The notes under the pieces: model-generated
Told to the model about the DNA's origin: nothing
What the model saw: the letters and a program-made list of their open reading frames with translations, nothing else
The model's database searches: none
Part shown: one piece after another, positions 40,449-50,439 of the stretch
How positions within the stretch are numbered: the first letter of the stretch is position 1
Layout: every line of letters starts with the position of its first letter
Made by a program: the position numbers and the translations under genes
Assembly: GCA_039028615.1 (NCBI GenBank)
Contig: JBCCHT010000020.1
Span: 1 to 64,000, forward strand
Length of the DNA stretch: 64,000 bases
Direction of reading: 5' to 3'
From: Myxococcota bacterium
Lineage (GTDB): Bacteria > Myxococcota_A > Polyangia > Nannocystales > Nannocystaceae

Positions 40449-42047
40449 ATGACTGTCCAAGTCATGCCGCCGCCCGTCGACCCTGCCGAGGACCTCCAAC
40501 GGCTCGTCGAACTCGCCAGTCACCCGCAAGCGATCGACGACCTGCTGGAACGAGCGCTGCACTCGTTGGGCAGCGTGATCGACTACGATCTCGCCGCTCT
40601 GTACGAGCTGCGCGATGACGCGCTGCACGTACGCGCGGCGGTGGGGTCGCTGGTCTCTCCGAAGCTCCGCGAGCACACCCTCGACCTCGAGCACTTCCCC
40701 ACCGTTCGGCGCGCCCTCGAGACGCGGCGCCCGATCCCGATGCACGAGCACGACCACGCGGGCGAGGAAGGTGACCCCTACGACGGGGTGCTCGACCTTC
40801 CGCCCGGGCACTCGTGCATGGTGGTGCCGCTGTTCGCCAACGACCAGAGCCTGGGGGTCATCACGCTCGACCGCACGATCTGCCAGCCCTACGACGAGCA
40901 GGCCATGGTGCTCGCCGGGGTCTACGGTCAGGTCGTGTCGCTGGCCATCGCGTTCGCCCGCCAGGCCGAACGTCTCGATCGCTACCGCAAGCAGCTCGAG
41001 CGACACAACCAGCTGCTCATCGAAGAAGCAGGCCCCAGCGTCGACGCCCGGCTCCGCATCGAGTCGAGCCTCAGCCCCGCCATGCGCGAGCTGACCCAGC
41101 TGGCGCGGCAGGTGTCCGACGCCGACATGCCCGTGCTGATCCGCGGCGAGACGGGCACGGGCAAAGAGGTGCTCGCCCAGGCCATCCACGCCTGGAGCCG
41201 TCGCGCCAACCGGCCCTTCATCAAGCTCAACTGCGCGGCGATCCCCGAGCACCTGGTCGAGAGCGAGCTCTTCGGTCACATCAAGGGGGCGTTCTCCGGG
41301 GCCACTCGCGACCGAGCCGGGCGCTTCGTGACCGCCAACCACGGCACGCTGCTGCTCGACGAGATCGGCGACATGCCGGCCTCCGCCCAGAGCAAGCTGC
41401 TGCGCGTGCTCCAAGAGGGCGCCTTCGAACCGGTGGGTTCGGACCAGCCGATCACCGTCGACGTCCGGGTCATCGCGGCTTCGCATGTCGACCTCGAGGC
41501 CGCGGTTCGGGCGGGGCGCTTCCGCCAAGACCTGTACTTCCGCCTCGCCGTGTTCCCGCTCGAGCTGCCGCCCCTGCGCGATCGCAGCGAAGACATCGCG
41601 CCCATCGCCGAGCAGACCCTGACCGACCTGGCCAAGCGCAGCGGTCGTGGTCCGTGGACGCTGTCCCCAACGGCGCGCGACTACCTGGCCCAGGGTTCGT
41701 GGCCCGGCAACGTGCGCGAGCTGGTCAACGCGATCGAGCGCGCGACCATCCTGCAGCCACAAGGGATGATCGAGACCCATCACCTCACGCCCACGCGGCG
41801 GCTCGAGCCCGTCCCCACCGTCGACCCCGCCCAGTCCCGGGAGCCGCTGCTGCCGCTACGCGAAGCCGAACGCCGCCACCTCGTGGCCGCCCTGCGCCGC
41901 ACCAACGGGAAGATCTACGGCACCAACGGCGCGGCCCGGCTGCTCGACCTCAAGCCGACCACGCTGCAGAGCAAGCTCAAGAAGCACGGCATCGACCGCC
42001 TCGAAGTCATCGCGATCGACGAATCCGCCGAAAGCGCCGCTCAGTAA
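40449..42047 (+). CDS. sigma-54-dependent activator, GAF-AAA+-HTH, NorR-like
   Basis: GAF with DPYDG..HSC..PLFA..GVITLD; GETGTGKE, ESELFGH, GAFSGA, LDEIGD, WPGNVREL, Fis-type HTH. Confidence 0.88.
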   Translation: MTVQVMPPPVDPAEDLQRLVELASHPQAIDDLLERALHSLGSVIDYDLAALYELRDDALHVRAAVGSLVSPKLREHTLDLEHFPTVRRALETRRPIPMHEHDHAGEEGDPYDGVLDLPPGHSCMVVPLFANDQSLGVITLDRTICQPYDEQAMVLAGVYGQVVSLAIAFARQAERLDRYRKQLERHNQLLIEEAGPSVDARLRIESSLSPAMRELTQLARQVSDADMPVLIRGETGTGKEVLAQAIHAWSRRANRPFIKLNCAAIPEHLVESELFGHIKGAFSGATRDRAGRFVTANHGTLLLDEIGDMPASAQSKLLRVLQEGAFEPVGSDQPITVDVRVIAASHVDLEAAVRAGRFRQDLYFRLAVFPLELPPLRDRSEDIAPIAEQTLTDLAKRSGRGPWTLSPTARDYLAQGSWPGNVRELVNAIERATILQPQGMIETHHLTPTRRLEPVPTVDPAQSREPLLPLREAERRHLVAALRRTNGKIYGTNGAARLLDLKPTTLQSKLKKHGIDRLEVIAIDESAESAAQ

Positions 42048-42134
42048 CCGAATTCGGGCGATAGCGATCGAATCGTCTCACTCAGATGAGACACCGACGT
42101 GGTCTGATGACCGGGCAGGATCGCCCGCCCAGCC

Positions 42135-42653
42135 ATGTCTCGATCAACCATTGCCGATGATGCGCTCGACCTCGTCGACGGCCTGCACGAACTCGTCGAC
42201 GTGGCGTTCGGGCACGACCTGGCCGTCGCCTTTGCCGACCTCGGCTCGCACGAGTCCGCGCTCATCGTGACCGACGGGATCATCGAGACGATGATCTCGA
42301 TCCACGAAGAGCTGCCGAAGATCCACAGCCTCGGGCACCTCGGTGGGTTGGTCGCTTCGCTCGAGCCGCTGGTCGTCACCTGGATCGACCTGTTGCTCGA
42401 GGCGGCCAACGTCTTCAACCCCGCCGCGATGTTCGACGTGACCCGCGTGCGTCGGGTCGTCGATCTCGCGCTCGCGCATCAGCTCGCCGCGGGCCGGCTC
42501 GGGCTGCAGACCCCGCTGGGCAACACCAAGCGCACCGTGCTTCGCTTCGCGACCGACGCCTTGCTCGTGAACCTGCACTCGATGCACGAGCTCCTGCGTG
42601 CGCTCGACCCGGTGGAGCTGCCGCCGCTGGAACTGCCCGCTGCGCCCAAGTAG
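42135..42653 (+). CDS. hypothetical helical protein
   Basis: 172-aa ORF with host-like codon usage and upstream AGGA; no recognisable motif. Confidence 0.7.
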   Translation: MSRSTIADDALDLVDGLHELVDVAFGHDLAVAFADLGSHESALIVTDGIIETMISIHEELPKIHSLGHLGGLVASLEPLVVTWIDLLLEAANVFNPAAMFDVTRVRRVVDLALAHQLAAGRLGLQTPLGNTKRTVLRFATDALLVNLHSMHELLRALDPVELPPLELPAAPK

Positions 42654-42667
42654 GGTGCAGCGGCATC

Positions 42668-44740
42668 ATGCCCAACCGCCTCGCCGCGTCGACCAGCCCC
42701 TATCTTCGCCAGCACGCCGACAACCCGGTGGATTGGTACGAGTGGGGCCCGGAAGCGCTCGAGCGTGCCGAGCAGGAGGACAAGCCGATCCTGCTGTCGG
42801 TGGGCTACAGCTCGTGCCACTGGTGTCATGTGATGGCCCACGAATCCTTCGAGGACGAGGCCATCGCGGCGGTGATGAACGAGCACTTCATCAACATCAA
42901 GGTCGACCGCGAAGAGCGACCGGACATCGACGCGATCTACCAGCGAGTGGTGCAGCTGATGGGTCAAGGCGGAGGCTGGCCGCTGACCGTGTTCCTCACG
43001 CCCGCCCAGGAGCCCTACTACGGCGGGACCTACTTTCCGCCCGAGCCCGCCCACGGGCGACCGAGCTTCCGCCAGGTCCTGCACGCGCTGGCCGACCTCT
43101 ATCGCGACGATGCGGACAAGGTCCGGCAGCACACGCAGAGCTTTCGTGAGGGCTTCGCCGAGCTCGCGGGCTCGATGGACGACGAGGCGAAGCACGCCGA
43201 AGACGACCCCTCGCCCGACGACCCGGCGGGGCTGCGCCTCGCGGTCCAGCGACTCCTCGGGCGTATGGACGAGCAATGGGGCGGCTTCGGACGCCAGCCC
43301 AAGTTTCCCAACGCTACCGCGCTGGAGCTGCTGGCCTCGGTCGCCCGCCATCCCGACGGCGGCACCGTCGGCACTTCGGCTCGTCGCGCCCTGCACAACA
43401 CGCTCGAGAAGATGTATCGGGGCGGCATCTACGATCACCTCCGCGGCGGCTTTGCGCGCTACAGCACGGACCGAGAGTGGCTCGTGCCTCACTTCGAGAA
43501 GATGCTCTACGACAACGCGCTGTTGCTGCCGCTGTACGCCGAGAGCAGCGCACGGGCGCCCGAGCGAGCGCACCTGCTCCGCGTGGTCGAGCAGACCGTC
43601 GAGTACCTCGTGGCGGACATGCGGACCGACGACGGCACCTTCTTCGCCGCGACGGATGCCGACAGCGAAGGGGTGGAGGGCAAGTACTTTTGCTGGACGC
43701 CGACCCAGCTGCGCGAGGCCTTGGAGGACGCGTCGCTCGCCGAGCTGGTGGGCACGGTCTACGGGGTGACCGAAGAGGGGAACTTCGAGCACGGCTGGTC
43801 CATCCTCAACCTCGCGCGACCGCTCGACGAGCACGCCGCGGCGCTCGGGATGACGCGCAGCGAGCTGGATGCGAAGCTCGCGGGCGCGCTCGAGACCCTG
43901 CTGGAGCATCGCCATCGGCGGGTCCCGCCCCATCGCGACGACAAGATCTTGACCAGCTGGAACGCGCTGCTCGTCAGCGGCTTCGCCCGCAGCGCGGGGG
44001 CGATGCTGGCCGCCGGTCATCGTGCCCAGGGCGAGCGCTGCGAAGGCCTGGCCCTGGCCTGCCTGCGGCACCTGGTCGAGCACCACATCGACGACGAGGG
44101 TCGGGTGCTGCGGGCCGCGTTCGAGGGCACGGTGCATACCCGCGGGGTGCTCGATGATGTCGCCCACCTCGGCCGCGCGTGTCTCGACGTGCACGAGCTG
44201 ACCTTGGACCCACGGTGGCTCGAGCAGGCCCGGGCCCTGGCCGCGCATGCCCTGGCCGTGCACCTGCGTCCCGACGGCGACGGCTTCTACATGACGCCCA
44301 ACGACGCCGCCGCCCTGGTCGATCGCACCGAGAGCCAGCACGACGGGCCCATCCCCTCGGGGCTCGGGGTCATGCTCGAGCTGCTGCTGCGCCTGCATGC
44401 CGCCGAGCGAGCGCCCGAGGGCAGTGCGGAGGTCATCGCGGCCGTGCTGCACCGATTCCGCGGCGCCACCGTGCAGCCGCACGGATACGCGAGCCTGCTG
44501 CACGCGGCCCGCCTGCGCTCCCACGATGCCATTCACGTCACCGTGCGGGGCCCGAGCTTCGACGACGCCGAGGTCCGAGCCTTGGCCGCGTGTGCCCGAT
44601 CCCGCCGGCTACCGCTGGCCGCAGCCCTGAGCCTGAACTTCGAGACGCACGAGGTCGCCTCCGCCATCGTCTGCCGCGGCCAGACCTGTCGGCCTCCCGT
44701 CGGCGACGTCGAGGCCCTGCGCAGCATGCTGGTCGACTGA
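42668..44740 (+). CDS. thioredoxin-domain protein, YyaL/SSP411 (DUF255) family
   Basis: [69 protein letters not shown]. Confidence 0.93.
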   Translation: MPNRLAASTSPYLRQHADNPVDWYEWGPEALERAEQEDKPILLSVGYSSCHWCHVMAHESFEDEAIAAVMNEHFINIKVDREERPDIDAIYQRVVQLMGQGGGWPLTVFLTPAQEPYYGGTYFPPEPAHGRPSFRQVLHALADLYRDDADKVRQHTQSFREGFAELAGSMDDEAKHAEDDPSPDDPAGLRLAVQRLLGRMDEQWGGFGRQPKFPNATALELLASVARHPDGGTVGTSARRALHNTLEKMYRGGIYDHLRGGFARYSTDREWLVPHFEKMLYDNALLLPLYAESSARAPERAHLLRVVEQTVEYLVADMRTDDGTFFAATDADSEGVEGKYFCWTPTQLREALEDASLAELVGTVYGVTEEGNFEHGWSILNLARPLDEHAAALGMTRSELDAKLAGALETLLEHRHRRVPPHRDDKILTSWNALLVSGFARSAGAMLAAGHRAQGERCEGLALACLRHLVEHHIDDEGRVLRAAFEGTVHTRGVLDDVAHLGRACLDVHELTLDPRWLEQARALAAHALAVHLRPDGDGFYMTPNDAAALVDRTESQHDGPIPSGLGVMLELLLRLHAAERAPEGSAEVIAAVLHRFRGATVQPHGYASLLHAARLRSHDAIHVTVRGPSFDDAEVRALAACARSRRLPLAAALSLNFETHEVASAIVCRGQTCRPPVGDVEALRSMLVD

Positions 44741-44831
44741 GCCCGGCGACCCCTTCACGGCCCGCCGCGCCGGGTTTGCCCGCCCCGTGGTCAAGACCCC
44801 CGACGCAGCGATACACTGGCGGCCCGCCGCG

Positions 44832-45113
44832 ATGCCCTACGTCGAGTACGCCTGCGAAGGACGCCTGCTGTTTCGCACCGAGACGACCGAAGGGGCGCAG
44901 TTCGTGCCGCGGATCCACGAGATCGTGGTGATCGACGACACCCCCTACCAGGTCGTGGACGTCGAGTACTGGGCCCGCCGCATGGGGGCCACGGACCGAC
45001 GCTTCGTGTGGCCCACGATCTACGTGGTCCCCGTGCCCTCGGAGGAGTGGGAGCGACGCCTCGAGCGTCGCAACACTCGCCCCGACCCGGGTAAACCTCC
45101 CATTCGGTACTGA
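44832..45113 (+). CDS. small hypothetical protein
   Basis: Compact ORF (FVPRIHEIVVIDDTPYQVVDVEY) in an apparent operon with the acyltransferase. Confidence 0.65.
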   Translation: MPYVEYACEGRLLFRTETTEGAQFVPRIHEIVVIDDTPYQVVDVEYWARRMGATDRRFVWPTIYVVPVPSEEWERRLERRNTRPDPGKPPIRY

Positions 45114-45122
45114 GACCTGCCC

Positions 45123-45998
45123 ATGCCTTTGTTGCGGCCCAAGCGTGTGTCCATGGACTTGCTGCGCCCGCTGCTACCGGCGCGGGAGTGGGAGCGCGTG
45201 CAGTCCTACCCGGTGCAAGACGTCGGCTTTGGCACGGACGCCTTCGGCACCCGCCGCGAGTTCCTCGGCTTCGCCTACGCCATCGGCTACTGGCTGCACC
45301 GCAACTACTTCCGGGTCGTCTCCGCCGGACACGAGAACATCCCCTCCGAGGGGGGCGGCGTGGTGGTGGGCAACCATAGTGGCGTGCTGCCCTTCGACGG
45401 GGTGATGCTGGGGACGGACGTGTTCCGCAACACCGAGCCGCCCCGGCTGGTCCGCTACATGGTGGACTACTTCGTGTACCAGCTGCCCTTCGTGGGGGCG
45501 ATGTTCCGCGGCATCGGCCAGATGCCCGGCACGCGGCGCAACTTCGATGGCCTCGTCGAAGAGGGCCACCTGGTGGGCATCTTCCCCGAGGGCGCGGCCG
45601 CGCTGGGCAAGACGATGCACCAGCGCTACGAGCTTTACCCCTTCAACCACGGTCACGTGGAGCTCGCCGCCCGCCACGGGGTGCCCGTGCTTCCCTTCGG
45701 CCTGGTGGGGGCCGAAGAGCAGCAGACCATGGTCACCGACCTGCGGCCGCTGGCCAAGGCGCTGCGCCTGCCCTACTTCCCGGTCACCACCACGTTCCCG
45801 TGGTTCGGCCCGCTGGGGCTGCTGCCCCGGCCCTCGCGCTACTTCATCAACTACGGTCCGCCCATCGACATCGACCCCGACGCGCTGCGGAGCATGGAAG
45901 TGCGCCAGCGAGAGGTCGAGCGCGTCATGGATGCGGTGGCCGAACAGATCCGCGTGGGGCAAGCCGCCCGCCGGGCCCGGACAGGAGAGTCGTCATGA
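45123..45998 (+). CDS. lysophospholipid acyltransferase (PlsC-like)
   Basis: GNHSGVLPFD (HxxxxxD), IFPEG, VPVLPFGLVGAEE. Confidence 0.9.
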   Translation: MPLLRPKRVSMDLLRPLLPAREWERVQSYPVQDVGFGTDAFGTRREFLGFAYAIGYWLHRNYFRVVSAGHENIPSEGGGVVVGNHSGVLPFDGVMLGTDVFRNTEPPRLVRYMVDYFVYQLPFVGAMFRGIGQMPGTRRNFDGLVEEGHLVGIFPEGAAALGKTMHQRYELYPFNHGHVELAARHGVPVLPFGLVGAEEQQTMVTDLRPLAKALRLPYFPVTTTFPWFGPLGLLPRPSRYFINYGPPIDIDPDALRSMEVRQREVERVMDAVAEQIRVGQAARRARTGESS

Positions 45999-47041
45999 GC
46001 CGGTCACGCATGCCAGGGCCCATGGGCATCGCGAGCGACGAAGCCTACGAGCCAGGGGCGCTCCGGGCCTCGCGTCGCCGCATCTTCATCGCGGGCGCCC
46101 GGCGGCGAGTGGCCGTGCACCTCATCGAGCGCCTGCTCGCCGACCCCGACGTCGAGGTGATCTTGGCCGTCGACCGCGGCGCCTGCCCGCCCACCTTGCT
46201 GGGCTGCGACCCCGAGCGCTTCGTGTTCGCCTCGGCCGACCTCAGCCGCCGCCGCCAGGTCGACAACCTGTTCTTGCTCGATCGCTTCCGCGGTCGCCCC
46301 TTCGACACCGTGCTGCACCTGGCCTTCCAGGGCAACCCGCACGGCTACAACTTCAAGAGCCACGAATTCAACGTCAACGCGGCGCAGCACCTGCTCGAGG
46401 CCAGCCTCCGCCACGGGGTGAAGAAGTACATCTTCTTGTCGAGCGACGCGGTCTACAAGCTGGGGCCGCGCAACGACTACAAGGTTCGCGAAGACTCCGA
46501 GCTCAACCTCGACCCCACCGCGCACCCGATCCTGCGCGACACCCTCGACGCGGAGTTCATCTGTCGCGCCAAGATGGACGACCCCTCGGCGGAGGTCATG
46601 GTCATCCGTCCCAGCGGGGTGTTCGGCGGCGGCGTGATCTCGGGCATCAACCTGCTGTTCGAGAGCAACCCGCCCGTGCTGCCCGTGGGCTTCGACCCCA
46701 TGGTCAACCCCACCACCAAAGAGCGCCTGTCACGAGACCTGATGCTCGCGATCTTCTTGCATGGCAAGGGCGTCTACAACGTGGCGGGCAGCACCATCGG
46801 CCCGCTGACCAAGTTTCTCGAGGAGCGCGGCATCAAGCCCGTGCGCGTGCCCGGGCTGGCCCTCAAGGCCCTCAACCGGGCGCAGCGGATCATGGGGATG
46901 ACCCGCTACCACGCCAGTTTCCACCCCAAGCGGCTGTTTTATAGCCTGGTGCTCGACGACGGAAAGTTCGAGCGAGTGTTCCGGCAAAACGCCCACCGGG
47001 TGCTGGCCCTGGGCCGCAGCACCGACGGGCTCGGCGAGTAG
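45995..47041 (+). CDS. NAD-dependent epimerase/dehydratase-like (atypical extended SDR)
   Basis: IFIAGA, VLHLAF, FNVNAAQHLL, FLSSDAVY, IRPSGVFG, GVYNVAG; ATGA overlap with the acyltransferase. Confidence 0.8.
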   Translation: MSRSRMPGPMGIASDEAYEPGALRASRRRIFIAGARRRVAVHLIERLLADPDVEVILAVDRGACPPTLLGCDPERFVFASADLSRRRQVDNLFLLDRFRGRPFDTVLHLAFQGNPHGYNFKSHEFNVNAAQHLLEASLRHGVKKYIFLSSDAVYKLGPRNDYKVREDSELNLDPTAHPILRDTLDAEFICRAKMDDPSAEVMVIRPSGVFGGGVISGINLLFESNPPVLPVGFDPMVNPTTKERLSRDLMLAIFLHGKGVYNVAGSTIGPLTKFLEERGIKPVRVPGLALKALNRAQRIMGMTRYHASFHPKRLFYSLVLDDGKFERVFRQNAHRVLALGRSTDGLGE

Positions 47042-47044
47042 CCT

Positions 47045-48475
47045 CTAGCGCTCGATCACCACCGCGCCCGGGGCCTTCACCGTGAAGCGTCGCTCGGCGT
47101 GGCCGCCCGGCTTGATGAAGCGGGCCTCGAGCACGACCTCGTCGACGGAGGCGTCGCGCGGTCGCACCGAGAGCGTGGAGCGGGGTGCATCGGCGGTGAG
47201 CATGATCGTCGTGCGACCGTCGAGTTCGTTGGCGGCATCGGAGTAGCGCGCGTCGACTTCGACCCGGTGGTACACGCTCCAGTCGACGGCCGTGCTGAGC
47301 TCGACCGGCCACAGCGGTGCCACGGCGTCGATCATCACCATGGCGATCTCGTCGTTCATCGGGCGCCACGGTGACGCCAGCTCGCCGCGGGTGTGACCGA
47401 TCGTCTGCCCCTCGGAGCGCAGCAGCGCCCGGGTGCGCATCTCGAGCTGCGCGGCTCCCCGGAAGCGCACCGTCTTGCTCGACGGCTCGCGAAACAGCTC
47501 GGAGCGCTGCTCGTCGCCCGCCCGGACCTCGACGATCAAGGTGTGGACGGCATGGGCCTCGAAGTCGCCCATGACCTCCAGCTGCAGGTTGGTCTCGCGG
47601 AAGAATTCGTTGGCGTCGACATCGACCCGCACGGAGGGAGCATCTTCGGGGGTCTCGGGCACTGCGCCCGCGAGCGCGGCCAGGTCACCATTCACGGCCC
47701 GGCGAAGGGTAAAGGGCGCGCCTTGACCGAGGTCGTAGGTCACCGTGCCTCCCGCCTCCGCGTCCGGGGCCTTGGGACGCCACTGCCCCGTACCGACCGG
47801 GTCGAGGAACAGATCGGCGACCCAGGCTCGGGCGGCATCCGTGACCCGCTCGAAGGCATCCGCCGCTTGGAGCCGCACGATCCCCTGCTCGAGCATCTGC
47901 TGAAAGCCCGCCCGCACCGCGAGCGCATCGAGGCGGGCCTCGCCCGACGACCACAGCGCAGCCGCCCGCCCGTGGTCGACGGTCATCTGCCCTTCGACAC
48001 CGGGTCGATGGCCCGCCACCTGGAACTGCGCCCAGGCCTCGAGTCCATGCCCGGCCGCCAGCGCGGCCTCGGCTTCCGTGGCCGCCTCGGCCGAGATCGG
48101 GGTCATCGCGGCGAGGTGCCCCTGCGGGCTCACCCGGCCCCGACCCACGCTGGTGGGCGACTCGCCGCCCGTGAAGACCTCGACCTCTTCGAGCTCGACC
48201 GTCCGCACCTCCACCGCGCGCCCGGTAATGCGTCGCAGGTCGTCGGCGATGAGCGTGCGCTGCTCGGGCGAGGTCGCGACGACGAAGGTCGCGGTCAGCA
48301 TGCCCCCCGACGGTGCATTCCCGCCGCGATGCAGGATGAGCGACAGCTGGGCCTCCCCCGCGTTGTTGTTCAGCAGCTCCAGCGTGCCCGGCAGCACCCA
48401 ATAGAGATCCGGCGTCGCATGATCGCGAAACACCTCGTGGCCACGAACCTGGGCCCAGGTAGTGATGTCCAACAT
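47045..48475 (-). CDS. uncharacterised beta-rich protein
   Basis: 476-aa ORF with RBS AGGAG; N-terminal VFRDH..LYWVLP..GGMLT. Confidence 0.75.
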   Translation of the reverse strand: MLDITTWAQVRGHEVFRDHATPDLYWVLPGTLELLNNNAGEAQLSLILHRGGNAPSGGMLTATFVVATSPEQRTLIADDLRRITGRAVEVRTVELEEVEVFTGGESPTSVGRGRVSPQGHLAAMTPISAEAATEAEAALAAGHGLEAWAQFQVAGHRPGVEGQMTVDHGRAAALWSSGEARLDALAVRAGFQQMLEQGIVRLQAADAFERVTDAARAWVADLFLDPVGTGQWRPKAPDAEAGGTVTYDLGQGAPFTLRRAVNGDLAALAGAVPETPEDAPSVRVDVDANEFFRETNLQLEVMGDFEAHAVHTLIVEVRAGDEQRSELFREPSSKTVRFRGAAQLEMRTRALLRSEGQTIGHTRGELASPWRPMNDEIAMVMIDAVAPLWPVELSTAVDWSVYHRVEVDARYSDAANELDGRTTIMLTADAPRSTLSVRPRDASVDEVVLEARFIKPGGHAERRFTVKAPGAVVIER

Positions 48476-48912
48476 CTCGAAAACTCCTGATCGAGTTTCG
48501 ATCCTACCACCGCGCCCGTTGGCGTCCCCGTCGCGTGGTCAGGCCCGATGGCCTCTGACCTTGCCGGGGTTGCGGCCGGTCTTCGCGGCAGCCAACAGAT
48601 CGGGCGCGAGTCGCCCGGTGAAGCTCGTTCGCTGCGATCACTCGAGACGTCGGGCCGCACCATTGAACGTCGAGGCGATGACACGGCGCTCGGTCACGTC
48701 CGAGTTCGACCCCGGAGCCGCTGGTCGATCGAAGGCTCGCTCCGTTTCGAAACTCCGATCGACACACCCGTAGTCTCGCTGACGTCACCCGCACGCGAGC
48801 CCCGATTCGCGCGTCAGAGTGTCGCAGCGGCGCTGTGTCGCGCGTCATCGAGCCGCGTTCTCTGGCGTCGTGCCTTCGTGCAGTTTTCGCCTCGACGAGG
48901 AACGCACGAAAA

Positions 48913-50439
48913 ATGAAGCTCCTTCATACTCCGCGCAAGCTCACGATCTCGGTCCTCGGGGCCATGCTCTCGCTGCCGACCTCATGCACGTCGCAGACCG
49001 ACGACGAGCAGGCCAGCGTCGACGACCGCGGGACCCACTTCGTGATCCCCTTCACCGCCACCATCAACGGCGAGCCCGTGGAGTGCGGGCGTTCCTACGA
49101 GGGCGTGGGCAGCAGTCGAAGTAGCGTAGAGCTTCGCGACGTCCGCTTCTACGTGCACGACGTGCAGCTGGTCACCGCGGACGGCGACCGAGTCCCGCTG
49201 CAACTCGATGAAGACCACCAGTTCCAGAAGGCCTATACCCGCGCCGACGGCAGCGTCAGCGGCCTGGCCCTGCTCGACTTCACCGACACCAGCTCGGAGC
49301 TGTGCGCGGACCGAGGCACGGCCGACCTCCACACCTTCGTCAGCGGCCACGCGCCCGAGGGCGACTACACGGGCGTCGAGTTCACCGTCGGCGTGCCCGA
49401 GGAGGAAAACCACGTCAACGGAGCCGTCTCGGACGCACCGCTCAACGCGTACGGCATGCAGTGGACCTGGGCCTCGGGCTATCGGCACATGAAGCTCGAG
49501 GTCCAGGCCACCACGGGCGACAAAATCAAGGACAAGTACTACTTCCACCCCGGCTCCCAGGGCTGCGAGAGCACCAACGGCGAGGTCTCGGGGCCCTACG
49601 CCTGCTCGATGCCGCTGCTGTCCACGGTGAGCATGGACCTCGACTTCGACGGCGAGGCCATCGAGTTCGACCTGGGTCGGTTCTACGCCGCCGATGATCT
49701 CGACCGCGGCCGCGGCTGCATGTTCGTTCGCAACCTCTCCGACATGCAGGACGGCGAGGAGGTCCAGCCCAACGGATGCACCGAGATGTTCGCGGCGATC
49801 GGCATCGAGCTGCCGCAGTTCGACGAGCAAGGCGCCCCCACCACCGACGCCAGGCAGACCTCGCAGACGGCCTTTCGTGCCGTGCCCTTCGAAGGTGAGC
49901 CGGGTGAGCCCGCCGACTTCCCTGCCGTGGAGGAGCTGGACCGCACCGACCCCCGGGGCTGGCCGCACCCCGACTTCGAGCGCGACCCCGGGCTGGACCT
50001 CGAGGCCATCTCCAAGGCCGACCTCGCGTTCAGCCACGCCCCCGGCGACGCCCGCTACGGCGCCAATTGCATGAAGTGCCACCAGAGCCACGGCCCCGGC
50101 CCCGGCCAGTTCGTGATCGGCGGCACGGTCTACGACGCGAACGGTGACACCTACCGCGAGGGCGGCGTGATCGAGCTCGGCCTGGGCGAGGGCAACCGCT
50201 TCGCCGGCTCGGTCGAAGAGAAGATCACCAACTGGGAACCCAAGTTCTCGCTGCCCATCGACGCCAACGGTCAGTTTTACGCCACGTCCATTCCCGAGCT
50301 GGACTACGGCGTCGAGAACTACATGGCCAAGGTCTACGACCGGGCGGGCGAGCTGAAGCTCGCGATGTCCATTGCCCCCCACGGAGCGTGCAACCACTGC
50401 CACTCCAACGGGTTTCAGATCCGCCTGGGAGCGGAATAG
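48913..50439 (+). CDS. mbnP: MbnP-family copper-binding lipoprotein fused to a C-terminal di-heme (2x CxxCH) domain
   Basis: Lipobox-like PTSC; DVRFYVHDV, ALLDF, FTVGVP..NH, MQWTWASGY (WxW), FHPGSQGC; then CMKCH and CNHCH. Confidence 0.82.
   Translation: MKLLHTPRKLTISVLGAMLSLPTSCTSQTDDEQASVDDRGTHFVIPFTATINGEPVECGRSYEGVGSSRSSVELRDVRFYVHDVQLVTADGDRVPLQLDEDHQFQKAYTRADGSVSGLALLDFTDTSSELCADRGTADLHTFVSGHAPEGDYTGVEFTVGVPEEENHVNGAVSDAPLNAYGMQWTWASGYRHMKLEVQATTGDKIKDKYYFHPGSQGCESTNGEVSGPYACSMPLLSTVSMDLDFDGEAIEFDLGRFYAADDLDRGRGCMFVRNLSDMQDGEEVQPNGCTEMFAAIGIELPQFDEQGAPTTDARQTSQTAFRAVPFEGEPGEPADFPAVEELDRTDPRGWPHPDFERDPGLDLEAISKADLAFSHAPGDARYGANCMKCHQSHGPGPGQFVIGGTVYDANGDTYREGGVIELGLGEGNRFAGSVEEKITNWEPKFSLPIDANGQFYATSIPELDYGVENYMAKVYDRAGELKLAMSIAPHGACNHCHSNGFQIRLGAE

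Noticed and set aside
48548..48916. 122-aa ORF upstream of mbnP as a methanobactin-like precursor peptide
   Set aside because: No MbnA-like leader or Cys-rich core and no mbnBC in the window; probably non-coding
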